The notes under the pieces were generated by a model. The model saw only the letters and a list, made by a program, of their open reading frames with translations, had not been told where the DNA came from and did no database searches. This document shows, in pieces, positions 61,211-64,000 of a DNA stretch of 64,000 bases. The stretch comes from Ahniella sp. Lineage in GTDB: Bacteria; Pseudomonadota; Gammaproteobacteria; Xanthomonadales; Ahniellaceae. A program made the position numbers and the translations under genes. The stretch spans positions 1-64,000 of the forward strand of contig JADJRU010000027.1 of assembly GCA_016712105.1 (NCBI GenBank), in the 5' to 3' direction. Position 1 is the stretch's first letter. Every line of letters begins with the position of its first letter.

Positions 61211-61690
61211 ATGACAGAACGGGTCTGGGTCGTATTGCGGCATGCCAAGGCGGAAGGCGAATCGGCAGACGGGCGTGATTTCTCGCGGCGGCTGACGCCC
61301 GAGGGTGCGCGTGATGCCAAGGCAGCTTCGGCCTGGCTGGTGAGTCACCTCGCCGGGCGGGTTCCGCGTATCGTGACCTCACCGGCGCAACGGGCGCTTG
61401 CGACCGCACAGATCGTTCAGGAAGGTCTGGGCAGCAACCTCATCACCGACCCTCGCATTTACGAGGCGACACCGGGCACTTTGCTGGACGTGCTGAACGA
61501 CCATGCCGGCGAGGGCGTGTCCATTCTGGTCGGCCACAACCCCGGGCTCGAACAACTGGTCGCCTTGTTGTGTGAAGGCCGTTCCGGTGAGTTCCGCGGC
61601 ATGACCACCGCAGGCGTGGCCTGGATCGACGTGCCGAATGGCGAAGTCGAGCCGGGGCAGGGCAGTCTGAAAGCATTCTGGTGGCCCTGA
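61211..61690 (+). CDS. sixA: phosphohistidine phosphatase SixA (histidine phosphatase superfamily)
   Basis: MTERVWVVLRHAKAE..RRLTPEGARDA..IVTSPAQRALATAQIV..LVGHNP. Confidence 0.75.
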   Translation: MTERVWVVLRHAKAEGESADGRDFSRRLTPEGARDAKAASAWLVSHLAGRVPRIVTSPAQRALATAQIVQEGLGSNLITDPRIYEATPGTLLDVLNDHAGEGVSILVGHNPGLEQLVALLCEGRSGEFRGMTTAGVAWIDVPNGEVEPGQGSLKAFWWP

Positions 61691-61771
61691 GGCACATGAT
61701 TGGTGCGTCCCTGGTTTCCCGGCGAGAGTGGGTACACGAGGCCGAGATCGTGGCGACGCACCCTGCTGCCG

Positions 61772-62366
61772 ATGGTTCTGGCAGGGTGGCTCTTCGCGGT
61801 GTTGGCGACGGCAGCCACGCCGACCGCGGATCCCCTCATCGCTGAGCCCGCGGTTCAGGTCTGGCAGATCCACACCGATCGATCCGGTGCCGATTTCGAG
61901 GTTCGGGCGCTGGGCATCATTCCGGTTCGTGGCCGCTTTGTGGCACTGGTGGTGCCATGACCCGTGCACCCGATGCGGAACGGTCGAAGTGGTCGTGCCC
62001 GTTGGGCAGCTCCAGATGAAGTCGCAGAGCCGTCGTGACTGGGCTTTGGGGGATGAGTTCTTCGATGCAGCCCGTCATCCGAAGATTCGATTTTCTGCGT
62101 CGCTGAAAATGGATCAAATGCTGAAAGCGCTTGCCGATGGCAAGGTGTTCGACATTGATGGCCAGCTCAGCCTGCGTGGTGAAACGCACGGACAGCGGTT
62201 CCAGGTGACGCAGAGCACCTGCGAATTCACCAGCAAAAGTGCCTGCGATATCGAACTGAGTGCCGATATCTCGCGCAAACGGTTCGGCATGGCGGCGCAC
62301 TCGTTCGCGCTGGCCGACAACGTGTCGATGAAGATTCAGCTTCATCTGGTCATGCTGGCGCCATGA
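61772..62366 (+). CDS. YceI-family periplasmic protein; one apparent frameshift about 61950-61960
   Basis: Signal peptide; VQVWQIHTDRSGADFEVRALGIIPVRGRF; continues in ORF 61728..62366 (..RRDWALGDEFFDAARHPKIRFSAS..GQLSLRGETHG..). Confidence 0.7.
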
Positions 62367-64000
62367 GCGCTTACCTATCTTTGGCCGCACGACAAAGACT
62401 TTCGTTGATTCTGGTGGTGATGGTTGCCCTGGGGCAATCGGCCTGCACCGGAAGGCATGCTTTGTACCGATCGGCCGAACAGGTGGCACGGGCCAGCCAA
62501 GTGCATGACATTCGCTGCGCGCCACCCGAACACTGCGCGCAACCATCGGACTGGCAGCGCGACGCCGATGCGCTGGCGATTTCTGCCGAGGGTACTGCCG
62601 GAACCCACGAGCTCACCTTGCTCGAAGATGGCACCGATGCGCTGGCGGCGCGGATCCACCTGATCCGGAGCGCGCGCGAGTCCATCGCGCTCCAACCCTT
62701 CATCTTCGAACCCGACGAAACCGGCAAGCTGGTGCTGCGCGAACTGATGGCTGCCGCCGAACGTGGTGTGCGGGTGCAGATCCTGCTCGACCAGTTGTTC
62801 TCGCTCGACAGCCGCAAGTTGCTCGCGCGCCTGGCCATGAGTCGCACCAATTTCGAAGTGCGTGTCTACAACCCGACGTTCAACGAAGCCCAGACCGCGC
62901 CGCTGGAGTTTGCCGCGGGGATCGTCTGCTGCTTCAAACGGTTCAACCAGCGCAGCCACAACAAGTTGTTCCTGATCGACGACCGGATCGCCATTCTGGG
63001 TGGCCGCAACATTTCGAACCACTACTTCGATCTGGCGGAAGACTTCAATTACCACGACCGCGATGTGGTGATCGTGGGGCCGGAAACGCTGCCGATGCGC
63101 GCCTCGTTCGAGCAATTCTGGGCGCACGAACGCACCCGTTCCATGTGGCAACTCAACGATGTGGCGCAACGTTTGGTGGATGGTATGCCGGACGGGCCGC
63201 TGACTGCCGAGGATTTCGAGGTCGGCGAACGACTTCAGCGGTTCGTGACCTTGGCGGATGATCCGGAATGGCTGGCGCGATTGCGCGCAACACGCGTCGA
63301 GGCGGCGCGAGTCAGCTACTTCTCCGATCCGCCCGACAAACCTTTCGTGACGCTCGTAGCCAGACGCGACTTGAGTCAACGAATGGTCGAGCTGATCGCT
63401 TCGGCCGATACCGAATTGCTGCTGCAGACGCCTTACATGTTGTTGTCGCGACCGGCGCGCAAGACCTTTCTGCAGATGGCCAAAGACAAGCCAGACCTGC
63501 GGCGGCGCGTATCCTCGAACAGTCTCGCCGCCACCGACGCCTGGCCGGTGTATGCCCTGGCGCACAAACACCGCCGGTTTTACCTGGAAGACCTTGGCTT
63601 CGAATTACACGAGTTCAAGCCTTACCAGGTACTCCGATGCGGCGCTGAGAGCCAAACCGCCGAACTTCGTGAAGAGCTCGCTGAACATCGTGAGCCGGCG
63701 GGCCCCGCCGTTGAACCGGACCATTCCCCGGCGCAGCCTGCATTCCAAATCAATCGTGATCGATCGCGAAATCGGCATCGTCGGCTCGCACAACTTCGAT
63801 CCGCGCTCGACCTGGCTGAATACCGAGAACGGCATCATCGTCTGGGACCATCGATTCGCCGAAGCGCTTGCTGCCGAGATCGAACATGACATGGCTCCGG
63901 AGCAGAGTTGGATCGTCGCGCGCAAGGCCGACATGCGCTTTCTGACCCCGATCAACCAGACCATCGAGCGCGCGACCGAGTGGTTGCCCCTGTTCGATCT
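62363..64000 (+). CDS. phospholipase D / cardiolipin-synthase-like protein with two HKD motifs (3' end outside the window; apparent frameshifts about 63700)
   Basis: First HKD HNKLFLIDDRIAILGGRNISNHYF; second HKD in a shifted frame (..IVIDREIGIVGSHNFDPRSTW..); lipoprotein-like N-terminus. Confidence 0.7.

Overview
High-GC (about 65-68%) gammaproteobacterial chromosome segment, Xanthomonadales/Pseudomonas-like in gene order, mostly core housekeeping genes. Core blocks, left to right: truncated kynurenine 3-monooxygenase gene and a fadB-like gene; a hypothetical gene coupled to a REC-PAS-GGDEF-EAL signalling protein; rpoE-rseA-rseB-degP/mucD; lepA-lepB-DUF4845-rnc-era-recO; a REC-Hpt gene; ydbH plus a fused ynbE-ydbL gene; cspA; a cysteine-dioxygenase-like gene and metX; rng-yhdP; a DAACS transporter with an NlpC/P60, dipeptide epimerase and L,D-transpeptidase-fold operon and a divergent VanX-like dipeptidase; thrC-thrB-thrA; a PQQ sugar dehydrogenase fused to a cytochrome c domain; cmk-rpsA-ihfB-lapA-lapB-wecA-like; tRNA-Val; exbD, sixA, yceI and a PLD-family gene. 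Accessory or unusual content: (i) a 796-aa cytoplasmic lipase-like alpha/beta-hydrolase::subtilisin(S8) fusion, convergent with a soluble SPFH/band-7 protein, next to a composite repeat and two tRNA-derived remnants; (ii) a roughly 750-bp diverged segmental duplication around the wecA-like 3' end, bracketing an inserted secreted-protein gene with a C-terminal sorting-signal-like tail; (iii) a lower-GC two-gene module (wHTH protein plus nucleotidyltransferase-fold protein, candidate AbiEi/AbiEii-like abortive-infection pair) with an AT-rich repeat-containing promoter, a coding (GTAGTC)4 repeat and a bidirectional terminator abutting tRNA-Val; (iv) a modular REP/MITE-like intergenic repeat family at three loci; (v) a 1206-aa secreted lysyl-endopeptidase-like/PKD multidomain protease next to a secreted protein of unknown function. 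No integrase, transposase, CRISPR array or rRNA was found. Many genes, including essential ones, carry apparent single-base frameshifts, often with a homopolymer base missing, and lepB has an in-frame TAG; these look like consensus-sequence errors rather than biology. My manual coordinates may be off by about 1 nt. The candidate AbiE-like module (52.4-54.3 kb) is the finding I rate highest.
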